This document shows positions 39,593 through 48,801 of a stretch of 64,000 nucleotides of DNA, piece by piece. Under the pieces are notes generated by a model. That model did no database searches. It had not been told where the DNA came from and saw only the letters and a list, made by a program, of their open reading frames with translations. Source of the DNA: Candidatus Latescibacterota bacterium (lineage in GTDB: Bacteria > Latescibacterota > UBA2968 > UBA8231); the NCBI GenBank assembly GCA_965261395.1, contig OZ253462.1:4096001-4160000 (forward strand), read 5' to 3'. Each line of letters starts with the position of its first letter. Position 1 is the stretch's first letter. The translations under genes and the position numbers were made by a program.

Positions 39593-39630
39593 AAAACGGG
39601 CACTTGCGACTCATTGCAGGTGCCCGTTTT
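39593..39630. terminator. Bidirectional intrinsic terminator
   Basis: aaaacgggcacttgc...gcaggtgcccgtttt between convergent tRNA-Lys and PhyH gene. Confidence 0.8.
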
Positions 39631-39648
39631 GGTTGGTTTTGATTTTGT

Positions 39649-40449
39649 TTAAGTGAGCCGTACCACGTCCTCTTTGACGACCTCCTTGACATGGGTATAG
39701 TGGGCCGGGGCCATCAGTTCTCTAGTCTGAGGCGACAAGCGGTCATAGAGGACTTCCGGGACCGCGGCTTGCCCCTTGAATTGGGGCCGGTAGCGCAATA
39801 CCAAGGTGCGGCGCAGGCGATCCTTGGGCTTCCATTGCAAGGTCCCGTGGGCCAGCATTTCCGTCATTACCACGGCGTCGCCGGCCTGCGGCGTCACGTT
39901 GACGACCCCAACAGGCAGGTCCTCCAAATGGGCGGTGACGCCGCCGTTGAACAGGCTGGGCGGCCGCGCAAACGCCGCCTTGTGCGAGCCTGGGACTACC
40001 AACAAGCCGCCATCGCTTGGGAAAACGTCGTCGAAATAGGGGAAGATGACGAAATCGTCGCAGAAGATGCGGTCCTCGCGGGTGTCGTAACGCGTGCTTT
40101 GCCAGCCAAAGTCCTCGCGGGCACAATGCAGGCGCAGCGGCTCGTGCTGGTGGCTATCTATCAACAGGGTTCCCCGGCTAAAAGCGGGCCGGTCGTGGGT
40201 GAACTCTTTGATGATGGGCCACAGAATAGGGTGGAAGATCAGGGATTCGAGCGCCTTGTCGAAAGCAAAGCCGTTGGCGTAGGACTTGCCGTCTTCGGAA
40301 CGGGAAAAGCCCTCGGGCAGCTCGTCGTCGGGCGTGGTCATATAGCGATCTATGGCTGCTCGGGCGGCCGCTAGTTCGCTGGCACTGAGTATATTGGGAA
40401 GGTGCAAATAGCCGTTGATGTCGAATAGATAGCGCTGTTCGGGGGTCAT
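39649..40449 (-). CDS. Phytanoyl-CoA dioxygenase (PhyH) family
   Basis: YLFDINGYL, GGLLVVPGSHK, AGDAVVMTEMLAHGT. Confidence 0.85.
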   Translation of the reverse strand: MTPEQRYLFDINGYLHLPNILSASELAAARAAIDRYMTTPDDELPEGFSRSEDGKSYANGFAFDKALESLIFHPILWPIIKEFTHDRPAFSRGTLLIDSHQHEPLRLHCAREDFGWQSTRYDTREDRIFCDDFVIFPYFDDVFPSDGGLLVVPGSHKAAFARPPSLFNGGVTAHLEDLPVGVVNVTPQAGDAVVMTEMLAHGTLQWKPKDRLRRTLVLRYRPQFKGQAAVPEVLYDRLSPQTRELMAPAHYTHVKEVVKEDVVRLT

Positions 40450-41273
40450 GCATCCGCTTCCATCGGCAACATGGTCTCCAGGGTAAAAGCCGCCGCGTGC
40501 TTGTGCCCGCCGCCGCCGTAATCGCGCGCTATGCGGCCCACATCTGCGGCTGCGTCCCCCTTGGAGCGCAGATTGTACACGACCCTGCTGTCGGGGCGGA
40601 TAAAGAACACGGCGGAAAAGGGATGCCCATCGGCGAGGGCATTGCCGATTTCAGAGGTCAGAAACGTGGCATTGGTAATGGGGACGCGAAACCCGCTAAT
40701 GGTGGTCCAACCGTGGTAGCGGACGCGCGGCCGGATGAGCCGGTGTTGGAAGCGGAGAATGGCTTGGCCTTCCACGGCGAGGGCTTGCGGCCCTTTTTCG
40801 GCGAGTTCGTCCCACACCGCAAAGTCGCGTGGGTACGAGGCGAGGGCGGCGTTGACGGCCTTGGAATCGGGCAAGTCCCACTGCCATAGGTCGCGGTCTT
40901 CGGTATAGGCCACTAGCCAGGGGACGTCGTCGGCACTGACCTGAGAGCGGGGGTCGAAAAAGTGTTCCCAAGTCATGCGCGCCCCAGACTTGTCCTCGGC
41001 GAATACGCAATAGTCGAGCCCGGCTAAGGCCTGCGCGGCCGTTTCGTGATGGTCCAAAACCAAGAGCGAGCGGGCCTGCTCGTGCATCTCCATGAGCTGC
41101 CCCCGCTCATAGCTGAAGTCGAGGATGACAACGTCGCGGCCAGCCGTAGCTGGCGGGTCGGTGTTGTATTGAACCGCCTTAAACTCGGTTTGCGGATTGA
41201 CGTAGCGGCGATAGATCCACGCGGCACAGAAGCCGTCGTTACAGCCTCCGTGGAACAGGACCAAAGGTTTCAT
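40446..41273 (-). CDS. DHH/DHHA1 phosphoesterase
   Basis: H..C.DG, ILDFS, LDHH, EDRDLW, GGGGHKHAA. Confidence 0.88.
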   Translation of the reverse strand: MKPLVLFHGGCNDGFCAAWIYRRYVNPQTEFKAVQYNTDPPATAGRDVVILDFSYERGQLMEMHEQARSLLVLDHHETAAQALAGLDYCVFAEDKSGARMTWEHFFDPRSQVSADDVPWLVAYTEDRDLWQWDLPDSKAVNAALASYPRDFAVWDELAEKGPQALAVEGQAILRFQHRLIRPRVRYHGWTTISGFRVPITNATFLTSEIGNALADGHPFSAVFFIRPDSRVVYNLRSKGDAAADVGRIARDYGGGGHKHAAAFTLETMLPMEADA

Positions 41274-41363
41274 TAATTAGAAGCCCCTTCCTTGACAGGG
41301 ATGAGAGGGGGGCGATATGTTTTTCTCAATATATCGCGTCCCCTGTACATCGGAAAGGCCAAA

Positions 41364-41624
41364 GTGGAAGACACTACTCCTGTAATCAAAGCCTACCTCA
41401 ATCCGTATTGCCCTTGGAGCCCGGGAGTGCGGGCGGTACTCGATAGAGCCGGGTTACAATACGGAGAATTGGATATTACCAACGACCGCAAAGCCTTTGA
41501 GGAAATGGTCGCCAAGAGCCGACAGTACGCTTCGCCCTGCGTGGGAATCGACGGCGTTATGCTGGCCGATGTGGGAGGAGAGGAGGTCGCGGCGTGGTTG
41601 CGGCAGCGCGGCTTGCTATGTTGA
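41364..41624 (+). CDS. Glutaredoxin-like protein (monothiol CPWS)
   Basis: YCPWS...SPCVGIDG..LADVGGEEV; start uncertain. Confidence 0.72.
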   Translation: MEDTTPVIKAYLNPYCPWSPGVRAVLDRAGLQYGELDITNDRKAFEEMVAKSRQYASPCVGIDGVMLADVGGEEVAAWLRQRGLLC

Positions 41625-42946
41625 TCAAGACCAGGGTGGGGATATTCTGCTTGGTGGTTTTGTACGCGGTCTCCAGTCGCCCAGCCGCCGCAGAGGCCAC
41701 GCCTTTGATCCTCGACTTGCAGACCGGGTTGACTTTGGTGCAAGAAAACAACGAACGCCTATTGCAAGCCCGCATTGACCTGCTGCGCGGTCGCGAGGAA
41801 CTCCGCGTGGCGCGAGCGGCAGGTCTGCCGCAGGTCGATGCCTCCTTCACGTATAGCCGCAACTGGCTGCTGCCTTCTTTTGTTTTTGCCGGCAATGCCG
41901 TTAGGATCGGCACTGAAAACAACCTCACGGGCGTCGTGAGCGTGCGCCAGCCGCTCTATGCCGGAGGCCGCATCCGCGCTAATGAGGACATGGCCCGCCG
42001 CCAGTTTGCCATGCTTGGCGAGACCAAGAGGCAGACAACACAGCTCGTGGCAGCCGAGGTGGAGGAGCGCTTTTACGATCTGCTCCTAGCAGCGGAATTG
42101 CGCACGGTGTCCCATCTAGCGCTTGCGTGGGCTAGACGCAATCTGTCCCAGGTGGAGGCACGGGCGCAGGCCGGCCGGGCCGCTGAGCTCGACCAGTTGC
42201 GCGCTCAGGTGCAGGTCTCGAACCTGCGCGCCGACTCCATCCGCGCCGAAAACAACCTGCGGCTGGCCACTATGGCCCTCAAGGATGTCGTTGGTTTAGA
42301 CTTGGACCGGGCCATAGAGGTGCAGGGAACGTTTCGCACCGAGACGGTGCTCGATCTCGATGATCTAGACGCCCTCGTCGCCTTGGGGCTAGCGAAGCGG
42401 CCAGAGCTGGGGCAAGTCGAGCAAGAAATAGGATGGTACGAGCGGAAGATCACCGCCGATCAGGCGTCCACCCGGCCTAGGGTGGAACTAGTAGCCACTG
42501 GGCAAACCCAGTTCCAGAGCGACGGGTTCGACCTAGTCGATCGGGAGTGGCGCAAGAGTTGGAACACCGGGTTGGTAGTGCAAATACCGCTTTTCGACGG
42601 GCGGCTCACCGGGGCGCGAGTAGCGCAGGCGCGGCAGGACCTGCGCCGGATAGAGTACGACCATCAACGGATCGCAAGACAGGTGCGGCTGCAAATCCAG
42701 CAGGCCTATTATGCCGTCGAGGAAGCCAGCGAGCGCATTGAGGCCCACCGCGATGCGGTATTGCAGGCCGAGAAGGGGCTAGAGGTCGCCGAGTTGCGCT
42801 ATGCGAGCGGGGTCGGCACGCAATTGGAAAATCTGGACGCGCAATTGGCCCTAGTAGAGGTGCGCACTCAAAGCGCTGTCGCTCACCGCGACAAGGCACT
42901 TGCCCTGATGCGGCTCGAACAGACCGTGGGTGTCCTCGGTGAGTAG
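41618..42946 (+). CDS. TolC-family outer membrane protein
   Basis: Two OEP repeats (LPQV...QPLYAGG; QIPLFDG...RYASG). Confidence 0.9.
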   Translation: MLIKTRVGIFCLVVLYAVSSRPAAAEATPLILDLQTGLTLVQENNERLLQARIDLLRGREELRVARAAGLPQVDASFTYSRNWLLPSFVFAGNAVRIGTENNLTGVVSVRQPLYAGGRIRANEDMARRQFAMLGETKRQTTQLVAAEVEERFYDLLLAAELRTVSHLALAWARRNLSQVEARAQAGRAAELDQLRAQVQVSNLRADSIRAENNLRLATMALKDVVGLDLDRAIEVQGTFRTETVLDLDDLDALVALGLAKRPELGQVEQEIGWYERKITADQASTRPRVELVATGQTQFQSDGFDLVDREWRKSWNTGLVVQIPLFDGRLTGARVAQARQDLRRIEYDHQRIARQVRLQIQQAYYAVEEASERIEAHRDAVLQAEKGLEVAELRYASGVGTQLENLDAQLALVEVRTQSAVAHRDKALALMRLEQTVGVLGE

Positions 42947-42983
42947 TAAACCACAAGTACTTAACAGGAAAGGAAAGGCCGCC

Positions 42984-44153
42984 ATGGGCGACAAACAATA
43001 CGCGGTTCGGGCCTCGCATTGTGACCATCGGGCGAGCGAGGAAGAAATATACGAGGTTCTAAAACGGACTACCGATCCGCTGGAGCGCTCTTGGAAGAAG
43101 CTAGAAAAAGCGCGGCGAATCGTCTTGAAATTCAATATGATCAAGCCGCCGGAACGCATAGAGTACTTCGCCGGCCGCCGGAGGGAGTTGGTAGATGATG
43201 CCGTGGCCCGCGCGGTGCTGCGCCTGCTGCGAGAGCGGACCACAGCCGAGCTAATCACCACCGACACCTACCCCTACGGCAACGGCCATGTAACACCCGA
43301 TGACTTTAACTACCGCTATATCTTTGCCACGTACGATGTGCCCGGTGGCGGCTGTATGTTCGACCACTACCTGCTCAATGCCATCTTTGCCGAGGCCGAC
43401 GAGGTGGTATCCATCGCCAAGATGAAGAATCACGCCTTTATGGGCATTACCTTGACCTTGAAAAACCTCTTTGGTCTGCCGCCGATGATTCCGCCGGAAG
43501 GGCGGACGCGGTCGTATTACCACCATCTAATCCGGCTTTCTTACGTCCTACCGGACTTGGGCATGATTACCAAACCCTGCCTCAATATCGTCGAGGCCCT
43601 CACCGGCCAATGGGGCCGCGAATGGGGCGGCGAGGGCCGGATTTGCAATGCCTTGATGGCCGGAGATCATCCGGTGGCGACCGATGCCTGCGGCATGACC
43701 TTGATGGGCCACGATCCCCACTCCGATTGGCCGACCCCGCCTTTCCGCCGCGACCGCAATCACCTGCTGATAGCTGCCGAGCACGGCTTTGGCACAGTGG
43801 ATTTGAACGAGATCGACTTTGTCAGCGAGGTCGAGGCTCCGTTGGCCGAGTTTGACTCCGTATCTACGGACCCAGATGCCACAGTGGCCAACTGGCGGCG
43901 CACCACCTGCGAGCAGGGACTGATCTACCAAGACGAACAGCGGAAGCTAATCGACCGCTATCGAGGGGAGTTCATCTATATGCAAGATGGCCAAGTGGTG
44001 TGGAACGGGGACAATCCGAGCAATCTCGGCAGCCGCCGCAAACTCAGCGGCGACAAGAAGGATAGCGCCCTTTGGCTCAAATACGTTGATCCAGCAGAGG
44101 GAGAAGGGGAGCGCTTTGAGCGCTATAGCGAGTGTTTACGGCTGGCGTCTTAA
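42984..44153 (+). CDS. DUF362-domain protein
   Basis: IVLKFN, SIAKMKNHAFMGITLTLKNLFG, HPVATD. Confidence 0.8.
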   Translation: MGDKQYAVRASHCDHRASEEEIYEVLKRTTDPLERSWKKLEKARRIVLKFNMIKPPERIEYFAGRRRELVDDAVARAVLRLLRERTTAELITTDTYPYGNGHVTPDDFNYRYIFATYDVPGGGCMFDHYLLNAIFAEADEVVSIAKMKNHAFMGITLTLKNLFGLPPMIPPEGRTRSYYHHLIRLSYVLPDLGMITKPCLNIVEALTGQWGREWGGEGRICNALMAGDHPVATDACGMTLMGHDPHSDWPTPPFRRDRNHLLIAAEHGFGTVDLNEIDFVSEVEAPLAEFDSVSTDPDATVANWRRTTCEQGLIYQDEQRKLIDRYRGEFIYMQDGQVVWNGDNPSNLGSRRKLSGDKKDSALWLKYVDPAEGEGERFERYSECLRLAS

Positions 44154-44166
44154 CTAGGAGCAGCAG

Positions 44167-44529
44167 ATGATTAGGGGCGACAAGGAACTGTACGTAGTTG
44201 CTGACCGCGTGCTAATCCGGATTGACGACATGGAAGAGCGCACGGCCGTGGGACTTTATTTGCCGCCGACAGCCTTGGAAAAGGAGAATGTGCAAAGCGG
44301 GCACATCGAAGAAGTGGGACCAGGCGTTCCCTTGCCGCCAAAATCCGATGACGACGGTGCACCTTGGGAAGAAGGGGGCGAACAAATGCGCTATATCGGC
44401 CTCCAGGCCAAAAAAGGCGACCACGCCATTTTCCTGCGCAAAGATGCGGTGGAAATCAAGTTCGACAACGAGAAGTTTATCGTCGTGCCGCAGGCGGCGA
44501 TCTTGGTGCTCGTCCGGGACATTGCTTGA
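44167..44529 (+). CDS. GroES-family co-chaperone paralog
   Basis: DRVLI...GLYLP...VGPG...IVPQAAIL-like motifs. Confidence 0.82.
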   Translation: MIRGDKELYVVADRVLIRIDDMEERTAVGLYLPPTALEKENVQSGHIEEVGPGVPLPPKSDDDGAPWEEGGEQMRYIGLQAKKGDHAIFLRKDAVEIKFDNEKFIVVPQAAILVLVRDIA

Positions 44530-44566
44530 GGGCCGTTTGGGACCGTATGCAGGAAAGGAGAAGGAA

Positions 44567-44896
44567 ATGGGCGTTGCTGATCTGATTCAAAAATTCCAGT
44601 TCGTCGTGGACTCTAATGGCGAGAAGCAATCGGTGCTGATCGACTATGCGGTTTGGGAAGAGCTGTTGAACTTGCTGGAAGACCTTGAAGACTCAGAGGA
44701 AATCGGCCGTCTACGCGACGCCGCAGAAGAATCCATTCCATGGGAGCAGGCTAAGGTAGAGTTGCTATCTGATGATAAATTTGAGGCCCTAGCCGATCAG
44801 TTAGCCGACGATTTTATGGATTATGTTGGTCCCGATTGCCCCCCATTATCCGATTACGCGGTTAGCCGCAAAGGACTTTACGAGGATCATTTATAA
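44567..44896 (+). CDS. Putative antitoxin, possibly chimeric
   Basis: Small acidic protein ending 2 nt upstream of the PIN toxin; AAGGA SD. Confidence 0.65.
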   Translation: MGVADLIQKFQFVVDSNGEKQSVLIDYAVWEELLNLLEDLEDSEEIGRLRDAAEESIPWEQAKVELLSDDKFEALADQLADDFMDYVGPDCPPLSDYAVSRKGLYEDHL

Positions 44897-44898
44897 TC

Positions 44899-45342
44899 GT
44901 GATTTATCTGGTCGATACGAATGTTTTGTTGCGAGTTTTATATCGCGCTGATCCACGTTATCCAATCGTTCGAGCGGCTGTGCGTAAATTGCGGATGAAT
45001 GGTCATCAACTGCAAGCCACATCGCAAAATTTCATAGAATTCTGGAATGCGTCAACTCGTCCCATTAATCGAAACGGTTTTGGACTTACGCCATCGGAAA
45101 CAGATAGGCTCTTGCAACGTGCGGAGCGATTGTTTCCTTTGCTTCCAGATTTGCCGACTCTGTATGCCGAATGGAGACGGCTTGTCGTGACTTATGGTGT
45201 CTCAGGTGTTCAGGTTCACGATGCCCGATTGGTTGCGGCGATTCTTTCGCATGGCGCAACGCATATCCTGACCTTCAACACGGCAGACTTTACCCGTTAC
45301 GCATCTGAAGGAATTGTGGCCGTTGACCCCGAGACGGTTTAG
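44899..45342 (+). CDS. vapC: PIN-domain VapC toxin
   Basis: YLVDTNVL, EFWN, HDARLVA, ILTFNTADF. Confidence 0.88.
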   Translation: MIYLVDTNVLLRVLYRADPRYPIVRAAVRKLRMNGHQLQATSQNFIEFWNASTRPINRNGFGLTPSETDRLLQRAERLFPLLPDLPTLYAEWRRLVVTYGVSGVQVHDARLVAAILSHGATHILTFNTADFTRYASEGIVAVDPETV

Positions 45343-45924
45343 ATGATCCATCGTGCCGCTGCCCTCAGTCAAGGTCCGCTCCTCTGGTCTGGCGAACACT
45401 GGATTCTCTATCTGCGCCCGCCCGGAAGCCAAGCCGATAGCGGACAACTCAGTCTATACTGTGCGGCCTACAGCCCCGCAGGCCGGGGCACTGTGGCCTA
45501 TATCGACATTCCCGGCTCCGAGGGCCTGACCGTCGTTTGCACCGACAACCCCGACTTAGCCGACTTTATTACTGACACCATGATTCGCGGCAGCAATAAT
45601 CCATTCGACCACGATCTACCCCAATGGCCCGCCACCTTCAGCCGCGCCGGCCACATCGACCGCAATCCTTCTTGGACCATCCAAAGCGAGCACCATACCC
45701 TGACCGCCACTTGGGAGCAATTGGAAAGCCCCCTAGTCGGCCCACCCACCATCAATCCCCACATCGTCTTCACGGTGCTGATTTTTGCTGCCGCTGGCCA
45801 GATGCAACTCGACGGCATGGCCGTACCCGGCCGCCCTTATCCCCGCGACGCTTGGAGCAAAAGTCTAGGTCAAGCCCGCAGTTCCTGCTGTTTTGCGCTG
45901 GCCGAAACCATGGTGGCCGCCTAA
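45343..45924 (+). CDS. Hypothetical protein
   Basis: 193-aa ORF abutting vapC; no recognisable motif. Confidence 0.65.
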   Translation: MIHRAAALSQGPLLWSGEHWILYLRPPGSQADSGQLSLYCAAYSPAGRGTVAYIDIPGSEGLTVVCTDNPDLADFITDTMIRGSNNPFDHDLPQWPATFSRAGHIDRNPSWTIQSEHHTLTATWEQLESPLVGPPTINPHIVFTVLIFAAAGQMQLDGMAVPGRPYPRDAWSKSLGQARSSCCFALAETMVAA

Positions 45925-45956
45925 AAGTACGTACCTCTGTGCCTTAGACATTCTCA

Positions 45957-46676
45957 TCAGGGGTTCCACGCGCGAACGATACTGCACAAACTGTGAGATT
46001 CCCTCTGGAATTGCGCCTTTCGATGGCCGTTACCCCCAGATGGATGCGGAAATCCATGCAGTACTCTTCGTTCCTTGTCTAAGCCGATTATCTTCAGCGC
46101 ATCCGTGGTGACCGCCTTGCCTAGCGGCACGATCAACGCATCGGGCACTTGATCGAGTTCCGGCGGCAAAGTGGAGGTGAGGAGGGACTTAAGCAGTGGA
46201 GATCGGTGAATTGGCGGATTGGACCCCGTGTAGTTCTTCCCTCGGTTGAATACTGGGTACCGGAGCGCGGATGTGGAGTGTAGAAGGTGTGAGGCATTGT
46301 CGAATAGCTGGGCGGTGCTGGCAAGTTCAAGGCGGTCCGCCACACCGATCTTGTCGAGCATGTCGATGAGGTTCGTCCGCATGGGTCCCTTGAACGCCAT
46401 CCGGAGACGGATTTCCTTGAAGAGGTGTGGTGGCTTCATGCCTTCGTGGAGAAGCCTTCGAGCCTCAGTGAACGCGGCGCGCATCTGCGCGACACCTGGC
46501 GTTATACCGACAATGACGATCTTTGCACTGGTTGTTACGCCGTGGAGCGGCGCGTAGTACACCTCGATCCGACCCTCTTCTCCGAGCAGGAAATCCGAGG
46601 TAACGACGTCATTATCCGTCGGATTAGCAGGCAACGACCGAATTTTCGCGACGTAGTCGTCAAAGCGTGGTATCAT
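45957..46676 (-). CDS. Uracil-DNA glycosylase superfamily-like protein
   Basis: IVIVGITPG (motif 1), IVPLGKAV, FPHPSGGN (motif 2). Confidence 0.72.
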   Translation of the reverse strand: MIPRFDDYVAKIRSLPANPTDNDVVTSDFLLGEEGRIEVYYAPLHGVTTSAKIVIVGITPGVAQMRAAFTEARRLLHEGMKPPHLFKEIRLRMAFKGPMRTNLIDMLDKIGVADRLELASTAQLFDNASHLLHSTSALRYPVFNRGKNYTGSNPPIHRSPLLKSLLTSTLPPELDQVPDALIVPLGKAVTTDALKIIGLDKERRVLHGFPHPSGGNGHRKAQFQRESHSLCSIVRAWNP

Positions 46677-46824
46677 GGTGTCTTTTCTCGTGAACAGGTT
46701 CAATTGGATTAGATGCTATTGGGGGAGGTGGCAGATCAAAGACGCACGACAATACAATAGCCCAGATCGCTCAAAGCGGCCCGGGCTTTTTTAAAAGAGA
46801 TGAGAATGTTGCAGACTAACACTA

Positions 46825-47637
46825 TTAGTTCTGGTTGAGGCCGTACTTGCCCCGCGTCAACAGAACTTCCTTCCAATAGCTCTCCCGGTTATCTATGGTC
46901 TCATCGGGTGTGGGGGCCGGACGGTATTCAAGCAATGTGAACTTGAAATTTTCTCGGGCATAGTCCAGCTTGTCTCCCACTAATTTCTGTAATTCCTTGT
47001 TCCAGCCGTGGCCAGAGCTGACATATTCTCCCCACCGAGACCAGATTCCTTGACCACCAGAGGCTTTGCCGACATATCGTTTGCCGGTACTAGTGTCGGT
47101 GATCAGATAGACGCCTTTTACGTTCTCCAAAGCCGATTTCCAATCGGGCCTGTCGTTCTGAACCAAAGTTGCGAGTTCCGTAAAGGGGAGATCGATGTTC
47201 TCATAGCCGGGAAAAATTCGCCCCGAATATGGCTCCCGCAGTATTTCCGAAACCTTGAAGTTGTCATAGTGATTCTCGAAATTTACGCGAGACGCCATGC
47301 TTCGATAGTCCCGAAAAATCTTGAGCCGTCCGATGAAGGTTGCGCCATGATCTGTCAACTCGACTTCGTATCCGTTCCCATGACCATAATCAGCTATGAC
47401 GCGGAATATCCCTCCGAATAGCCAGACGTCTTCCTCGCTATAAAACCTCATTAGCGAAAAGATGAAGTCTCGGTTGAATGCATCGTTTTTAGGACGATAT
47501 TCTTGCCAGCCGACCCAGGCGGATTTGTTGGACAACCAAACGTCCAACGGCTCTTCTTCACCGTTGTGCCGTGCGAAGTGAACTTTGTAATCGCCAACAT
47601 TTTCGATTGGCCAGATGTCCTTCAGCTTAATCGACAT
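46825..47637 (-). CDS. GIY-YIG nuclease family protein
   Basis: GVYLITD..GKRYVGKA....IWSRW..Y...RESYWK...YGLN. Confidence 0.88.
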   Translation of the reverse strand: MSIKLKDIWPIENVGDYKVHFARHNGEEEPLDVWLSNKSAWVGWQEYRPKNDAFNRDFIFSLMRFYSEEDVWLFGGIFRVIADYGHGNGYEVELTDHGATFIGRLKIFRDYRSMASRVNFENHYDNFKVSEILREPYSGRIFPGYENIDLPFTELATLVQNDRPDWKSALENVKGVYLITDTSTGKRYVGKASGGQGIWSRWGEYVSSGHGWNKELQKLVGDKLDYARENFKFTLLEYRPAPTPDETIDNRESYWKEVLLTRGKYGLNQN

Positions 47638-47706
47638 ATCTCTAATTTCTGTTCACCAGCCTTCAGAAGCTGGCTTTTTTCATGAGAATTATATACTTGA
47701 GTACCC

Positions 47707-47743
47707 AAAACACCCCAAAGGAATCTTCCTTTTGGGGTGTTTT
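47707..47743 (-). terminator. Intrinsic terminator of the ACIII-oxidase operon
   Basis: aaaacaccccaaaggaa-tc-ttccttttggggtgtttt downstream of subunit IV. Confidence 0.75.
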
Positions 47744-47785
47744 CTGGTGTAGGCTTTATGTCAAAAAGTGGGCGATGGGGATACT

Positions 47786-48127
47786 TTAGAAGACCGACCC
47801 TTGTTTGAGAAACTCCACCGGCGCTTCCTCACCCCAGCCGCGCGTGTAGTAGTCCTGCATGGTCAAGGACAGCAGGATGCACAGCCAGAAGAAGCCGGCG
47901 ACCGCAAAAAGCCCGACCAGCTTGGGGCTGTATTTCACGTGCATGAAGAACAAGATGACCAGCGATGCCTTTATCAGGGCGATGACCAAGGCGACGGGCG
48001 TATTCAAAAAGCCCATGTTGACGAAAGCGGCGGTCACCGTGAGGGTCGTGCCTAGCATGAGGGCGAAGAAGATCAGAAAGTATATCTTGAGCGGGACGAC
48101 GTGATGTTCAGAGTGATGTTCAGACAT
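47786..48127 (-). CDS. ctaF: Cytochrome c oxidase subunit IV
   Basis: MSEHHSEHH...KASLVILFFMHVKY; start overlaps the subunit III stop. Confidence 0.88.
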   Translation of the reverse strand: MSEHHSEHHVVPLKIYFLIFFALMLGTTLTVTAAFVNMGFLNTPVALVIALIKASLVILFFMHVKYSPKLVGLFAVAGFFWLCILLSLTMQDYYTRGWGEEAPVEFLKQGSVF

Positions 48128-48801
48128 TAGTGACGGCCGATCAGATAGAGCAGAGGAAAGAGGAAAATCCACACGATATCCACGAAGTGCCAGTAGAGGC
48201 CGCTGAGCTCGATCGGCGTGAAGTAATGAGCCGAAATCTCGTTGCGCCGGACCTTGGCGATCATCCACAACATGATGCCGACGCCGATGACCATGTGCAG
48301 CGCGTGCATCCCGGTCATCACGAAGTAAAACGAGAAGAAAATTTTGGCGTTGCCGAGCGTGACCTCGGGGAAGGCGGGATCGTTCCACTGGAACATGCTG
48401 CCGGGGATAAGGTGATGGTGCCACTTGTCGCTGTACTCGATGTACTTGACCCCCAAGAAGGCACATCCGAGAATGATCGTGGCGATGAGCCACCCCGTAA
48501 TCGCGTTGCGACCGGCGTTGGTCTGCGCGGCACGGACGGCCAGCGCCATGGTCAGGCTGCTGGCGATCAGCACAATGGTGTTGAAGGTACCCCAGAAGAT
48601 GTCGAGGTGGTGCGAGCCAGCAGTAAAGGCGTCGATATAGGTGTTGCGATACACGGTGTAGGCACCGAACAGCCCCCCGAAGAACAGGATTTCCTGGATG
48701 ATGAACGCCCACATGCCGAGACTGGCGGCTTCGTATTGCTGCTGCGCCGTCTCGAACTGGTGCAGGTGGTGGGCGGTATGTGCGTGCTCAGACAACTTCA
48801 T
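48127..48801 (-). CDS. ctaE: Cytochrome c oxidase subunit III (TTG at 48795 is an alternative start)
   Basis: [36 protein letters not shown]. Confidence 0.92.
   Translation of the reverse strand: MKLSEHAHTAHHLHQFETAQQQYEAASLGMWAFIIQEILFFGGLFGAYTVYRNTYIDAFTAGSHHLDIFWGTFNTIVLIASSLTMALAVRAAQTNAGRNAITGWLIATIILGCAFLGVKYIEYSDKWHHHLIPGSMFQWNDPAFPEVTLGNAKIFFSFYFVMTGMHALHMVIGVGIMLWMIAKVRRNEISAHYFTPIELSGLYWHFVDIVWIFLFPLLYLIGRH

Noticed and set aside
47786-48712. 308-aa ORF from the track
   Set aside because: Only the last 113 codons are subunit IV; the rest is an alternate frame of subunit III.
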